This document shows positions 19,161 to 29,349 of a stretch of DNA of 64,000 bases, piece after piece; position 1 is the first letter of the stretch; each line of letters begins with the position of its first letter. The DNA is from Alloprevotella sp. (GTDB lineage Bacteria; Bacteroidota; Bacteroidia; Bacteroidales; Bacteroidaceae). Below the pieces are notes generated by a model. It made no database searches. It was not told the origin of the DNA and saw only the letters and a list, made by a program, of their open reading frames with translations. The stretch lies in contig JAFVDF010000003.1 of NCBI GenBank assembly GCA_017478625.1, forward strand, positions 4,279 through 68,278, written 5' to 3'. A program made the position numbers and the translations under genes.

Positions 19161-20321
19161 ATGAAACGAATTCTTCTATTAGGTTCCGGGGAATTAGGAA
19201 AGGAGTTTACAATCGCAGCCTTACGTCTTGGGCAATATGTCGTAGCCTGCGACAGTTATACAGGTGCTCCTGCTCAGCAAGTTGCGCAAGAGTTTGAGGT
19301 CTTCAATATGCTGGATGGCGATGAGTTGGAGAAAGTCGTTCGTAAGCATAGGCCGGATATTATTGTGCCTGAGATAGAGGCTATTCGCACAGAGAAACTG
19401 TACGAATTTGAGCGTCTGGGTATTCAGGTTGTGCCTTCTGCCAATGCGGTAAATTATACGATGAATCGCAAAGCCATTCGTGATCTTGCGGCTCAGGAAC
19501 TTGGACTTAAAACGGCTAATTATCGCTATGCCTCCACTTATGAGGAACTTAAACAGGCGGCTCAGGTTGTGGGATTTCCCTGTATCATTAAGCCATTAAT
19601 GTCATCTAGCGGTCACGGCCAGAGTCGTGTAGAGAATGCCGACGAACTTGAGAAAGCTTGGCAGGAGGCTATCCACGGAAGTCGCGGAGATCTGGCCGAA
19701 GTAATCGTAGAAGAATTCATCCCCTTCGATAGTGAGATTACATTGCTTACGGTAACGCAACAGAATGGTCCTACGCTTTTCTGCCCACCTATTGGTCACG
19801 TTCAGAAACACGGAGACTATCGCGAAAGCTTTCAGCCTGCTCCCGTTTCAGATATTCAAATCAAAAAAGCCCAACAGATGGCCGAACAGGTTACTCGCGC
19901 CCTGAAGGGAGCAGGAATATGGGGCGTGGAATTTTTCTTGAAGGGCGACGAGGTATATTTCTCTGAACTTTCCCCACGTCCGCACGATACGGGAATGGTT
20001 ACGCTTGCCGGGACACAAAACTTTAACGAGTTTGAACTTCATCTGCGTGCCGTCCTCGGTTTGCCTATCCCATGCGTTAAATTGCTTCGTACGGGAGCCA
20101 GTGCCGTTATTCTTTCGCCAATAGCCTCCTATGAACCACCTCGCTATAAAGGCTTGGAGCTCACTTGTGAGGAGGACGCAGACGTGCGCATATTTGGAAA
20201 ACCCTTTACACGTATGCACCGACGCATGGGTGTCGTTGTGGTTTCCGGCGCGCTGGATGCAGATGTGGAAAACCTACGGGATAAGGCCAAACGGTTGGCT
20301 TCAAAAGTAGAAGTGTACTAA
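19161..20321 (+). CDS. purT: Formate-dependent phosphoribosylglycinamide formyltransferase
   Basis: [46 protein letters not shown]. Confidence 0.95.
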   Translation: MKRILLLGSGELGKEFTIAALRLGQYVVACDSYTGAPAQQVAQEFEVFNMLDGDELEKVVRKHRPDIIVPEIEAIRTEKLYEFERLGIQVVPSANAVNYTMNRKAIRDLAAQELGLKTANYRYASTYEELKQAAQVVGFPCIIKPLMSSSGHGQSRVENADELEKAWQEAIHGSRGDLAEVIVEEFIPFDSEITLLTVTQQNGPTLFCPPIGHVQKHGDYRESFQPAPVSDIQIKKAQQMAEQVTRALKGAGIWGVEFFLKGDEVYFSELSPRPHDTGMVTLAGTQNFNEFELHLRAVLGLPIPCVKLLRTGASAVILSPIASYEPPRYKGLELTCEEDADVRIFGKPFTRMHRRMGVVVVSGALDADVENLRDKAKRLASKVEVY

Positions 20322-20332
20322 CTTACACTAAT

Positions 20333-20368
20333 AATTAAAAGGCCCGTCTAATGACGGGCCTTTTAATT
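20333..20368. terminator. Bidirectional intrinsic terminator
   Basis: AATTAAAAGGCCCGTC-TAAT-GACGGGCCTTTTAATT between convergent purT and aguB. Confidence 0.85.
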
Positions 20369-20380
20369 GAGCATAAAGGA

Positions 20381-21304
20381 TTATTCTGCATCAATAAACC
20401 GTTGCAGTATCGGCTCGTAGGCCTCTATCCTGCGGTCGCGCAAGAAAGGCCACCAGCGACGTACCTGTTCGCTCCGCTCTAAGTCTATTTCCACAAGAAG
20501 AATTTCCTCCTCATTTTGTGAAGCGCAGGCAAGCAATTCACCTTGCGGGCCATATACGAAACTGCTACCCCAGAATGTTATGCCGTTAGTTTGTCCGCTT
20601 GGATCAGGCTCTAAGCCGACGCGATTGACAGTGATAACAGGGAGCCCGTTTGCTACAGCGTGTCCGCGCTGAACCGCCTGCCAGGCATCTCTTTGACGTT
20701 GTTGTTCTTCTGCCGTATCGCTACTCTCAAAACCGATAGCCGTAGGATAGATTAGGAGGTCGGCTCCCTGAAGCGCCATAAGCCTGGCACCTTCTGGATA
20801 CCACTGGTCCCAGCACACTTGCACGCCCAAACAGCCTACGCTCGTGGGAATAGGATGAAATCCCAAGTCGCCTGGTGTGAAATAGAACTTCTCATAGTAC
20901 GCAGGGTCATCAGGAATGTGCATCTTTCTATATGTGCCGGCAATTTTTCCATCTCTTTCCAGAACGACAGCCGTATTGTGGTAGAGCCCTGGGGCGCGTT
21001 TTTCGAAAAGAGAAGCCACAATGACGACATCGTCTGCCTTGGCCAGTTCCCCAAGTCTTTCCGTAGAAGGCCCGGGAATTGGTTCTGCGAGATTGAAGTT
21101 ATCCACATTCTCTGTCTGACAGAAATAAGGAGTGTTGTGTAGTTCCTGTAACACGATAAGATTAGCCCCCTGAGTGGCAGCCTTATGTATGTTGGCAGAA
21201 AGTTTGTCCCAGTTGTCAGTCAGATTGGGGCTACAACTTTGCTGGATAAGTGCGACACGGATTTTGCCAGGTCTTTCGGATTGGAAGTTTGTAGAATGAG
21301 ACAT
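20381..21304 (-). CDS. aguB: N-carbamoylputrescine amidase (carbon-nitrogen hydrolase)
   Basis: LQELH, YRKMHIPDDP..YEKFYF, VCWDQWYPE triad motifs; adjacent to agmatine deiminase. Confidence 0.85.
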   Translation of the reverse strand: MSHSTNFQSERPGKIRVALIQQSCSPNLTDNWDKLSANIHKAATQGANLIVLQELHNTPYFCQTENVDNFNLAEPIPGPSTERLGELAKADDVVIVASLFEKRAPGLYHNTAVVLERDGKIAGTYRKMHIPDDPAYYEKFYFTPGDLGFHPIPTSVGCLGVQVCWDQWYPEGARLMALQGADLLIYPTAIGFESSDTAEEQQRQRDAWQAVQRGHAVANGLPVITVNRVGLEPDPSGQTNGITFWGSSFVYGPQGELLACASQNEEEILLVEIDLERSEQVRRWWPFLRDRRIEAYEPILQRFIDAE

Positions 21305-21330
21305 ACCGATAGGGATGTGAAATTGTAAAT

Positions 21331-22470
21331 TTATTCGTTTGTAAAATTAAATACGCCTTTCGGATATTGCATGGTGGCGCAATGTAGAGAGCCGTGTTGT
21401 TTCAAGAGGGTAGTGCAGGGTACGGGAACAATATCGTATCCGGGAAATGCCCGCGACAGGGCTTTTATGGCTATAGCGTCTTTTTCGGGCTGATTGTAGG
21501 TGGGTAGTAGCACGGCGCGATTAAGAACCAGATAGTTTGCATACGTGGCAGGCAGTCTTTCTCCGTCCGCCACGACGGCTTCTGGCCAGGGCAACGGGAT
21601 GAGTTCGTACGGCTGACCCTGTGCGTTGGTAAACGAGCGTAACTGAGCCTCCATCTGTTGAAATTCCTCGTAGCATTCTTCTGCCGGATTATCACAGCGT
21701 ACGAACAGGAGTTTCCCATCGGGACAAAGCCGGGCGAGGGTATCAATATGTGCATCGGTGTCGTCGCCTTCAAGATGGCCGTAGTCCAGCCAAAGAATAT
21801 GTTCTACTCCCAGCCAATCTTTCAAAGAAGCTTCTATGGTCTCGCGCGATAGTGAGGGGTTGCGATTCGGATTCAGCAGGCACCTGCTGGTAGTAAGGAG
21901 CGTGCCTTGACCGTCGGTCTCAATACTACCTCCCTCAAGCACGAAGTTGAGGTGGTTTACATAAGTGCCGTGAGCCAGTCCGCTATCGAAAAGAGCGCGG
22001 TTGATAGCATTATCCTTTTCGGCCTCAAACTTATCTCCCCAGCCATTGAACTTGTAGTCATGCAACTCGACGGTATGTTCGCTGACAACCGACAAAAATG
22101 CGTGATCACGCGCCCAAGTATCATTCGTCTCCGCACTTACTAATCGGATGTTGGCTATAGCCCGATGAGGCAACTGACTTTTCAGAAAATCCCATAAAGT
22201 GTCAGGCTCAGGGGTTACTATTATGAGCCGTTCGCGTGTGGCTATTTCATAGGCCAAGCGTATATATGTAGTTGTTGTCTCCCCTAATATGGGAGCCCAA
22301 TCGGTTTGCTCGTGTGGCCAAGTAAGTTGCACTCCACTCTGAGGGTACCATTCAGCCACAAGTGTACGTTTGTGGCTGAAGATACCATCTTGTACGCTCT
22401 CATGACGGAGCAACCCTTCTAAATCCAAGTCTGCTCGAGGAGTCTCCGGGGGCAATGAAATCAGACCCAT
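21331..22470 (-). CDS. aguA: Agmatine deiminase family protein
   Basis: DTWARDH, LEGGSIETDG, DDTDAHID, HGSLHCATMQ. Confidence 0.88.
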   Translation of the reverse strand: MGLISLPPETPRADLDLEGLLRHESVQDGIFSHKRTLVAEWYPQSGVQLTWPHEQTDWAPILGETTTTYIRLAYEIATRERLIIVTPEPDTLWDFLKSQLPHRAIANIRLVSAETNDTWARDHAFLSVVSEHTVELHDYKFNGWGDKFEAEKDNAINRALFDSGLAHGTYVNHLNFVLEGGSIETDGQGTLLTTSRCLLNPNRNPSLSRETIEASLKDWLGVEHILWLDYGHLEGDDTDAHIDTLARLCPDGKLLFVRCDNPAEECYEEFQQMEAQLRSFTNAQGQPYELIPLPWPEAVVADGERLPATYANYLVLNRAVLLPTYNQPEKDAIAIKALSRAFPGYDIVPVPCTTLLKQHGSLHCATMQYPKGVFNFTNE

Positions 22471-22473
22471 AGG

Positions 22474-24096
22474 TTAGGGGAGTTGAGGTTGCTGTTGCAG
22501 ATATTTTATAAAGGCATCCGTGGTCAGCGGAAGGTTGATGTCGACGAGTTTGTCGTTGGGGAACAATTCCGGACTATAATCGTCGCCCCCAGTCGTCATG
22601 TATTCATCGGCTACAATATAGCACAGTGTGTTGTCCTTGATTTTTTTGCGCTTTCCTTTCGGGCTTACATAGGTAAGTTGCTTCACATGACCATCGGCAT
22701 CCATTTCTGTCTCCAAATAAGATTTCTGCATGCGCCCGAAATACTGGTTATGATAGCCGTAGTCCACTAATTTATAGAGTTCTTTACCGGTCACTTTGTA
22801 AACTCGGATCGGGTTGCCGAACGGAAGCACTTCGCCTACATCTAGTACGGTAAGCCGGCCCTTAGAAATACCTGCCCGAATACCGCCAAAATGGCTTACA
22901 CCGATAATAATATCCTTGTCCTTTTTGTGAGCCGCTTCTCTGTAACTTTCAGCAAATGCGTTGACGACAAGCGTACCCACGGGGCTATCTACAAACTTGG
23001 CCGTGCGATCGTGATGGAGATCTTCTGTGCAGACAGTAAGGAATGTTCCTATAGAAACCCCCGCCGCAGTCTTAGTATTGACAAGTAGCGAATCCGTCAT
23101 ATCCTGCAGGCGTTTTGCCTTACCTGTCAGTTCTGAAGGTAATTTGGCTGGAACGCGAACTAGTTCGGGCGTGATTTTTACGACTTTCATTTCGAGCGTA
23201 TCTACCTCGTATTTCATTACGGAAATATACGCTCCATGCCACCAACCTTGCAAAACGGGAATTTCTCTGTCGTTTATCGTGCCACAAACGGGCTCGTGGC
23301 TGTGGCCAGAGAGTATGGAATGGTAAAATGTATCGTTTATAGCTTTTAGTTCGTCTATGCTCTTGTCAATCCATACGGGGTTGCCATTTTCCATCTTTGT
23401 GCCAATGTGTATGAGTAGGCTACGGATTGTGGACTCCTTGACAGCCGCAAATTCTGGTAAGGCTTTGATGCTGTCTAATACGCGAGTATAACGAGGCGAA
23501 AAACTTAGGCCCACAGTGTTCTGTGCTTTGATTTGCTCTTTGGCTGAAGATGCCAGCAAACCTATGAGTGCAATTTTTACAGAACGTTCTTTCGACAGAG
23601 GCACCTCTGCAATGGTAAAAGGTTGCATATATGGAGGAATATTACCTGCTTCGTCGTATATGTTGGCACATACATAAGTCAGATTCCAGTTTGCTGGGCG
23701 CAACTTGTCGCCTTGCCATTTGCGGGCGAACTCTGCTTGTCCGTCATCAAACTCATGGTTTCCTACGGCCGATATGTTAATTTCAGCAAGGTCGAAGAAG
23801 GCAGGAAGAAGCGCCCCTTTTGTGGCCTTGTAGAAGTAACTGCCACCAAAATTATCTCCTGCGGCCACTGTTAGATGGTAGGGATATACTGTTTTTAGAG
23901 AGTCCAGGCAGGCTAAAACAGAAGCGGCTCCAGGAATATCCTTATCCACGTCTTGTACAAAAGCACCGTGAAAATCATTTATAGAGAATACGGCTACCGT
24001 TGCTGTATGAGGCGGCTCGGTGGCTTGGACTTGTGCTCTGCCAGCATAAGCTGATAAGAGCATTGTACTTAGAAATGTAAATAGATAACGGTTCAT
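22474..24096 (-). CDS. Bifunctional metallophosphatase/5'-nucleotidase
   Basis: Signal peptide; NDFHG, AGDNFGG, GNHEFD, SGHSH; C-terminal GGIRA and GGDDY. Confidence 0.88.
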   Translation of the reverse strand: MNRYLFTFLSTMLLSAYAGRAQVQATEPPHTATVAVFSINDFHGAFVQDVDKDIPGAASVLACLDSLKTVYPYHLTVAAGDNFGGSYFYKATKGALLPAFFDLAEINISAVGNHEFDDGQAEFARKWQGDKLRPANWNLTYVCANIYDEAGNIPPYMQPFTIAEVPLSKERSVKIALIGLLASSAKEQIKAQNTVGLSFSPRYTRVLDSIKALPEFAAVKESTIRSLLIHIGTKMENGNPVWIDKSIDELKAINDTFYHSILSGHSHEPVCGTINDREIPVLQGWWHGAYISVMKYEVDTLEMKVVKITPELVRVPAKLPSELTGKAKRLQDMTDSLLVNTKTAAGVSIGTFLTVCTEDLHHDRTAKFVDSPVGTLVVNAFAESYREAAHKKDKDIIIGVSHFGGIRAGISKGRLTVLDVGEVLPFGNPIRVYKVTGKELYKLVDYGYHNQYFGRMQKSYLETEMDADGHVKQLTYVSPKGKRKKIKDNTLCYIVADEYMTTGGDDYSPELFPNDKLVDINLPLTTDAFIKYLQQQPQLP

Positions 24097-24129
24097 TTGA
24101 TTATGTTTATATACTTTGTTTATAGATTA

Positions 24130-26970
24130 TTATGATTTAGTTGTAAACAGTCCTCTCGGAGAAACGTTCATCTCTACGAAGCGTGCCGTAGGAGTTATCG
24201 GATGAGCTTGTAGCAGGGATTTTATTTGTTGCGTGGCATCAGGATCTTTCGTCACCATATACATATAGCCCCCTCCGCCAGCACCTGGCAGTTTGTAGCC
24301 TAAACAGAAGTCATCAATAGTTTGGCAAAGTTGCTGAATCAGCGGTGGGCATGTGCCTTGGTCTAAAGCTTTATTCTGTTCCCAGGTCTTTCGAATCAGT
24401 TGTCCGTATCGGAGGAAGTCACCAGCCTGCAGGCATTCACTCATATCAAGAGCGTGTTCTTTCATATCATAGAGGATGCGAATAGTATCTCTGTCGTTGA
24501 GGAACATACAACGCACTATTTCGCCAAGAATATCTTTTGCTGTACGCGTCAGACCTGTATAGTAGAGCAGGTGACAGGGAGCGTTTTCCCCTACAAATAT
24601 CTCGTTAGATAAGAGATGGGCATCTATAGATACACTGGGCCCGCTCTCCGTGTGTAGTAGTTTAACCCCCGGAAGAATTCCACCGTATTGATCCTGCCAT
24701 CCTCCGCCCGAAGTCAGTAGTTGCTCTAGTACGAATGTTTTTTTGCCAATGGTCTCTTTCGACCATCGTAATCCGCAGAATTCAGCCAAGGCCGCCAGTA
24801 CGGTGGCTGATAATACAGAACTGGTTCCCAAGCCACTACCGGCCGGAATGGCTGAGAGCATGGTAATTTCGAAGCCACCACCAAAGGCTTCTAATTGTTG
24901 GCGGAGCGTAGAGAATGTTTCCGTACAGAAAGACGGCAAGAATCCACAGAGGGCAAGAGCTACTTTCGGAATAGAGAAGGGAGAACGAAGACGTTGGAAA
25001 TCGGCAATTTGTTCGTAAGTCTCAATAATTTCTGTTGCGCTTAAATCTATAGAGTGGCAGACAATATGATAGTCTTTGCAGGGTTTGACAAATATCTGGA
25101 TAGGTTGTTGATGATTGAGCTCGATAGCCACATTCACCACATTTCCACCTTCAAGCAGACAGAAAGGAGGAGTGTCTGTCCATCCGCCAGCCAGATCGAT
25201 GCGTACGGCACTGCGAGAACAAACGATTTGGTCGTGTAAGACCTGTCGTATAGGCATCTCTTTTGTTCTGTCCGTATGGGATACAATCGTTTCCTGTAGA
25301 GTTTGGAAAGCTAGATTGTTATATTTTATAGCTTCTTCATTCCGCCCCTGCTGACGCGCCACTTCAGAACAGAACATAGTATGGTGTATCTTTTTGTCAT
25401 AAGATGTGGGTGTGTCAATTACTGTGGGGTGAATGGGTAATAGCGTGTAATATTCAGACAAGTGGCGGAAGTCTTGGAGATAAGCATTCTTGTCTGTTAG
25501 TTCTTGTTGAGACGAGGCAAGATGGGATAAGCGGAATCGTTCACGCTGACTGAATAATCTTTCAAGATTAGCTTTGTTGGAGATTTCGTTGGCTGACAAT
25601 CTTTCTGCTTGAATATACTTCTGGCTGTCTCCTTCGGCGTACAACATAAAACGAACCATCTGTAACGCCTCATCCAGATTGGCACAAACGGGGAAAATAT
25701 CAGAGGACTGAATATCATCGTGCTCTGTAAATGTGGCGAGGTCTAAATGACGTGCATAAGCCCATTCTAGGAACGGTTGCCCGAGATAGGTGGTGGTTTT
25801 ATCTTCCAATCTGCCATTAAATGTATCATAGAATCCGTAGGGCCGGACGATGTACGCTGTTTCTTTATAGGGTACAATATCCAGACAAAGTTTTTCTTCC
25901 AGTGTAAGATCCCAACTGTTTTCCGGAATACCTGTCACAATATTAAGGCCGTCAAAATTCCAGTTAGGATTGATATAGCTATTCTCAATCCAAATCAAGT
26001 TTGAGTCCTTATATTGTTTTTTTATGATGCTATTCTGAGAAAACAACATATTGGGTTCCGGGGAATCAATATTATTCCTCATACACGTCAAATGTATAGT
26101 GGAATCAATCATCTCTGGCGCAGTTCCAAAATGGTAGAAGGCACCTTCCGGTAAAGGCAATATCGCTATGGATAAGTCAGAATAGCTGGCCTTTGTGGAA
26201 GACGGATGTTTGCCCAGGGCGCATCCGAAGTCGCTGTAGAGGTCGTAATACTCCCAATCTACTACATCATTCGTTGGATTTGTTTGCTTCAGTATGCGTT
26301 CCACGGCTTTATCCGACAAGAGCCAAAAGCCGATGTCCATAAGTGCAATATGGGTCCCAGAAAGTTTTTGTTGGGCTTCAATGGAGGGTTTCTGTAATAC
26401 GAAGTCCAGTTCTGTGGGACTATCTTTGTGCATATAGTATGCACCGTGATGACTCAATGTGGTCTCGTCGGTCGAAAGTCCGAAGCACACGATGTCTGCA
26501 TTAGGTATTTGCGGTAAGCGCGAAGGATTTTGGATGAGTACATCGCCACTTACGACAAGGGTATGGAGATTTTGTGGGGCTTGCCTCAGAATGTTTTCAC
26601 ATAGTGGGAGTTGTAAATCAAGTAAATATTGGTCGCAACGTTGTCCACGTATTTTATCCAAAAGAGGAACGGGGAGCAGGAGCTTACTACTAGGGGCGTA
26701 GGCTGCAAGTCGGCGACTTTGGCCTCCTGCATGGATGAGTATGCGTTTTTCCTGTTGGAGCCATGTGAAAAAATCTGTAAAGGGAAAGATGCTACTATTA
26801 TCTTGAACTTCTTTCTTATAGGCATTATACAAAAGCCAAAGTGTCCCCCCGCCGGAACCGAGCTTTTTGTTTATAGGGTCAGCACCGCAGAAAAATTCTT
26901 CTTCAGAAAGATGAGTTATCTTATGGAATGAATCGACTACATTAGGAGGTAAAGAAAGAAGTTTCTTCAT
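24130..26970 (-). CDS. fkp: Bifunctional L-fucokinase/fucose-1-phosphate guanylyltransferase
   Basis: MKKLLSLPPN start (26970), LGSGGGT, HAGGQSRRL, RIDLAGGWTDTPP, PAGSGLGTSS, KLPGAGGGG. Confidence 0.92.
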   Translation of the reverse strand: MKKLLSLPPNVVDSFHKITHLSEEEFFCGADPINKKLGSGGGTLWLLYNAYKKEVQDNSSIFPFTDFFTWLQQEKRILIHAGGQSRRLAAYAPSSKLLLPVPLLDKIRGQRCDQYLLDLQLPLCENILRQAPQNLHTLVVSGDVLIQNPSRLPQIPNADIVCFGLSTDETTLSHHGAYYMHKDSPTELDFVLQKPSIEAQQKLSGTHIALMDIGFWLLSDKAVERILKQTNPTNDVVDWEYYDLYSDFGCALGKHPSSTKASYSDLSIAILPLPEGAFYHFGTAPEMIDSTIHLTCMRNNIDSPEPNMLFSQNSIIKKQYKDSNLIWIENSYINPNWNFDGLNIVTGIPENSWDLTLEEKLCLDIVPYKETAYIVRPYGFYDTFNGRLEDKTTTYLGQPFLEWAYARHLDLATFTEHDDIQSSDIFPVCANLDEALQMVRFMLYAEGDSQKYIQAERLSANEISNKANLERLFSQRERFRLSHLASSQQELTDKNAYLQDFRHLSEYYTLLPIHPTVIDTPTSYDKKIHHTMFCSEVARQQGRNEEAIKYNNLAFQTLQETIVSHTDRTKEMPIRQVLHDQIVCSRSAVRIDLAGGWTDTPPFCLLEGGNVVNVAIELNHQQPIQIFVKPCKDYHIVCHSIDLSATEIIETYEQIADFQRLRSPFSIPKVALALCGFLPSFCTETFSTLRQQLEAFGGGFEITMLSAIPAGSGLGTSSVLSATVLAALAEFCGLRWSKETIGKKTFVLEQLLTSGGGWQDQYGGILPGVKLLHTESGPSVSIDAHLLSNEIFVGENAPCHLLYYTGLTRTAKDILGEIVRCMFLNDRDTIRILYDMKEHALDMSECLQAGDFLRYGQLIRKTWEQNKALDQGTCPPLIQQLCQTIDDFCLGYKLPGAGGGGYMYMVTKDPDATQQIKSLLQAHPITPTARFVEMNVSPRGLFTTKS

Positions 26971-26978
26971 TGGAAGTT

Positions 26979-27368
26979 TTATATTGATTGATCTTTGAAC
27001 ACAAATATGCGGTTGGCCAGATAGTTGAATAGCGGGTACACAGGGAAAGCACCTATGAAAGCCCAGTATTCGTTTACTCCCAAAAGCAATACGCGGAAGA
27101 CGCACCACTGGGCTACCCAGCACACAAACGCACTTAGGAAAAACTTCCCGCATTCTGTTATGGCATGATTGGACGGAGTCTTAAATGTCCAGTACTTGTT
27201 AAGCAAAAAACTATTTACAGTGCCGATGCCATAGCCGACGAAGTTGCTGAGATGTGGGTTTATGCCGAAGAAGACCATTATACTGTAAATAAGTGCTGTC
27301 AGGAGTGTATTGCAAATCCCGACGAGGCTATATTTAAGGATGTATGTGAGTTCTTTCTTCTTTTCCAT
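26979..27368 (-). CDS. GtrA family membrane protein
   Basis: KYSLVGICNT, NSFLLNKYWTF, NYLANRIFVF; four TMs. Confidence 0.85.
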   Translation of the reverse strand: MEKKKELTYILKYSLVGICNTLLTALIYSIMVFFGINPHLSNFVGYGIGTVNSFLLNKYWTFKTPSNHAITECGKFFLSAFVCWVAQWCVFRVLLLGVNEYWAFIGAFPVYPLFNYLANRIFVFKDQSI

Positions 27369-27420
27369 TGTATCAGTTAGGCTACATATCACATTTTCAG
27401 ATAGTCTTATACTGTGTGGA

Positions 27421-28146
27421 CTATTCCTCAAGGGCTGAGGCTATAACCGTATGGGTCCGTTCAATGAGCGAGGGTAAGGTCTCCGTAGAGTATTGTGTGG
27501 TATCTATAGGTTCGTGTATGGTAAGTGTGAGTGGGGTGCGTTCTACAAAGAAAAAGCCTTTTGTGCGTGGAAGTGCCTTGAAACTTCCATTTATAGTAAG
27601 AGGGACAATCGGTAGGCCAATCTCGTGGGCCAACACAAAGGCTCCGCGACGAAAGTTCCGCATTTTTCCGGTAAAAGTGCGCGCTCCTTCGGGGAATACA
27701 ACAAGGCTTGTCCCATCTTGAAGCGTCTCACGGCCTTGTTCAATAGTCTGTTTTATTTTGCTGGCTTTTGAATTGTCAACAAAGATATGACGCGCTTTCT
27801 GGCAAGCATATCCCACAAATGGAATTCTGCGGAGTGACTGCTTCATCATCCATTTAAAATTTCTCCCTAAATATCCATAGATGAGAAAGATGTCCATTGA
27901 GCCCTGGTGATTAGCCACAAATACGTAACTGCGATTATGCAATACATGTTTGTTTCCTTTTATCCGAATAGGAAGTAGGAGAATCCGACAGATAAAACGG
28001 CTCCATAGCATAGCAGGATAATAGCCCCAAAAATGCGCACTGCCTAATAAGCATCCCACACTGGTTATGATTGCGGTAAGAAGCGTAGCCAGAAGGCCAA
28101 GAGGTAGGGCGAAGAACAGTTGATATATTCTATATAGAAGCTTCAT
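27421..28146 (-). CDS. plsC: 1-acyl-sn-glycerol-3-phosphate acyltransferase
   Basis: NHQGSMD and FPEGAR motifs; start MKLLYRIY. Confidence 0.88.
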   Translation of the reverse strand: MKLLYRIYQLFFALPLGLLATLLTAIITSVGCLLGSAHFWGYYPAMLWSRFICRILLLPIRIKGNKHVLHNRSYVFVANHQGSMDIFLIYGYLGRNFKWMMKQSLRRIPFVGYACQKARHIFVDNSKASKIKQTIEQGRETLQDGTSLVVFPEGARTFTGKMRNFRRGAFVLAHEIGLPIVPLTINGSFKALPRTKGFFFVERTPLTLTIHEPIDTTQYSTETLPSLIERTHTVIASALEE

Positions 28147-28156
28147 TATTAGAATT

Positions 28157-29323
28157 TTAGTCTGAAGGATTGAGCAGGATGACATCTAGTTCGGGCCAAG
28201 CTCCCAGCCGGAACGGCAGAAAAACTTCTCCGACCCCTGGCGTGACATAAAGGGTCTGTCCACTTTTACTCGTATACAATCCAGCCCATTCTGGGTAGAA
28301 CCACTTTGCAGGAGACCAGGGGCCAATCTGTAGTTGCATAGCATGCGTGTGACCCGATAGAGTCAGAGGGATATTAGTAAGAGAAACGATGCTGTCGGAC
28401 CAATAACTGGGGTCGTGCTCAAGGAGAATTTGAAAAGTGGACGGATTTATATCTTTCCGTGCTTTATCTATGTGAGCATACTTTGGGAAGTTTGGCCGAT
28501 TTCCTGTGTTTTCCAGACCGATTATGGCAATACTGTCAGAGTCTCGGACAATAGTTTTGCTTTCATTTAATAATAGTGTCCATCCCCAACTACGGATGCG
28601 TTCTTTCAGTAGTTTGAATTCGGCTTCACGAAGAGCGTCAGATTCAAAATTATAATAGCCTAAATAATCGTGATTGCCTAAAACGGCAATTACGCCGTCT
28701 TTTGCACGGATAGATTGGAGTAGGTGCGAGAATGGTTCAATTTCTTTTTCACGATAATTGATAATATCGCCAGTAAAAACGACCAAGTCAGCCTTCTGCT
28801 CGTTTATGCGTTGCACAATTTTTTCTATGATGTTTGTTCGATGCCTGAAGCTACCAGTGTGTAGGTCCGAGAAGAGGACGATTTTATAGTTGGAAAACTT
28901 AGGCGGAATAGTTGCCTGCCGATATTCTATAGTACGTGTCTGAATGTGAGCCGGTCCGATTGTGAGCCCATATATTACAGAAGATAAGCAAACTATAGAT
29001 AAAAAGATTGCAAAATACTTTAATATTCTGTGCCACCTTGAGTTTTTTATGAAATGACCAATTCCTGCGAACAATGCCATTACTGTTTGTGGTACGATAA
29101 GGCAGATGGAAATGGACATTACTATCTGTTTGACAAGGTCTGCCGTAGTGCTAAAAGATTCGCTTATGGAAAGAATTATCAAGGCTATGCAGACAATTAT
29201 ATTGAGTATCCAAACCAATCGTCTGACAGACTGTTTTTCTTGTTTCCGTAGCCAGCAGATATCTATGATACCGAGAGGAATCAAGAGCAGAAAGAGTAGG
29301 ACTGGTAGAATACGCGCAATCAT
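28157..29323 (-). CDS. Membrane-anchored metallophosphoesterase (YkuE-like)
   Basis: N-terminal TMs; SDLH, TGD, GNHD, LSGHTH. Confidence 0.88.
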   Translation of the reverse strand: MIARILPVLLFLLLIPLGIIDICWLRKQEKQSVRRLVWILNIIVCIALIILSISESFSTTADLVKQIVMSISICLIVPQTVMALFAGIGHFIKNSRWHRILKYFAIFLSIVCLSSVIYGLTIGPAHIQTRTIEYRQATIPPKFSNYKIVLFSDLHTGSFRHRTNIIEKIVQRINEQKADLVVFTGDIINYREKEIEPFSHLLQSIRAKDGVIAVLGNHDYLGYYNFESDALREAEFKLLKERIRSWGWTLLLNESKTIVRDSDSIAIIGLENTGNRPNFPKYAHIDKARKDINPSTFQILLEHDPSYWSDSIVSLTNIPLTLSGHTHAMQLQIGPWSPAKWFYPEWAGLYTSKSGQTLYVTPGVGEVFLPFRLGAWPELDVILLNPSD

Positions 29324-29349
29324 GGGTGGCAGTATCGGGATAGAAAAAA

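Noticed and set aside
18971-19297. ORFs with SHCE/SQCE 7-aa repeats (also 39284-39559 and 52778-53053) as a small Cys/His repeat protein family
   Set aside because: They arise from the palindromic 21-bp DNA repeat, which gives the same peptide on either strand. The flanking residues are unrelated, and two of the three overlap real genes.
26971-27153. N-terminal extensions of fkp, TolC (13821), nadE (50378) and cdd (46226) in the ORF track
   Set aside because: They overlap neighbouring genes or promoters; family-typical N-termini start at downstream ATGs.
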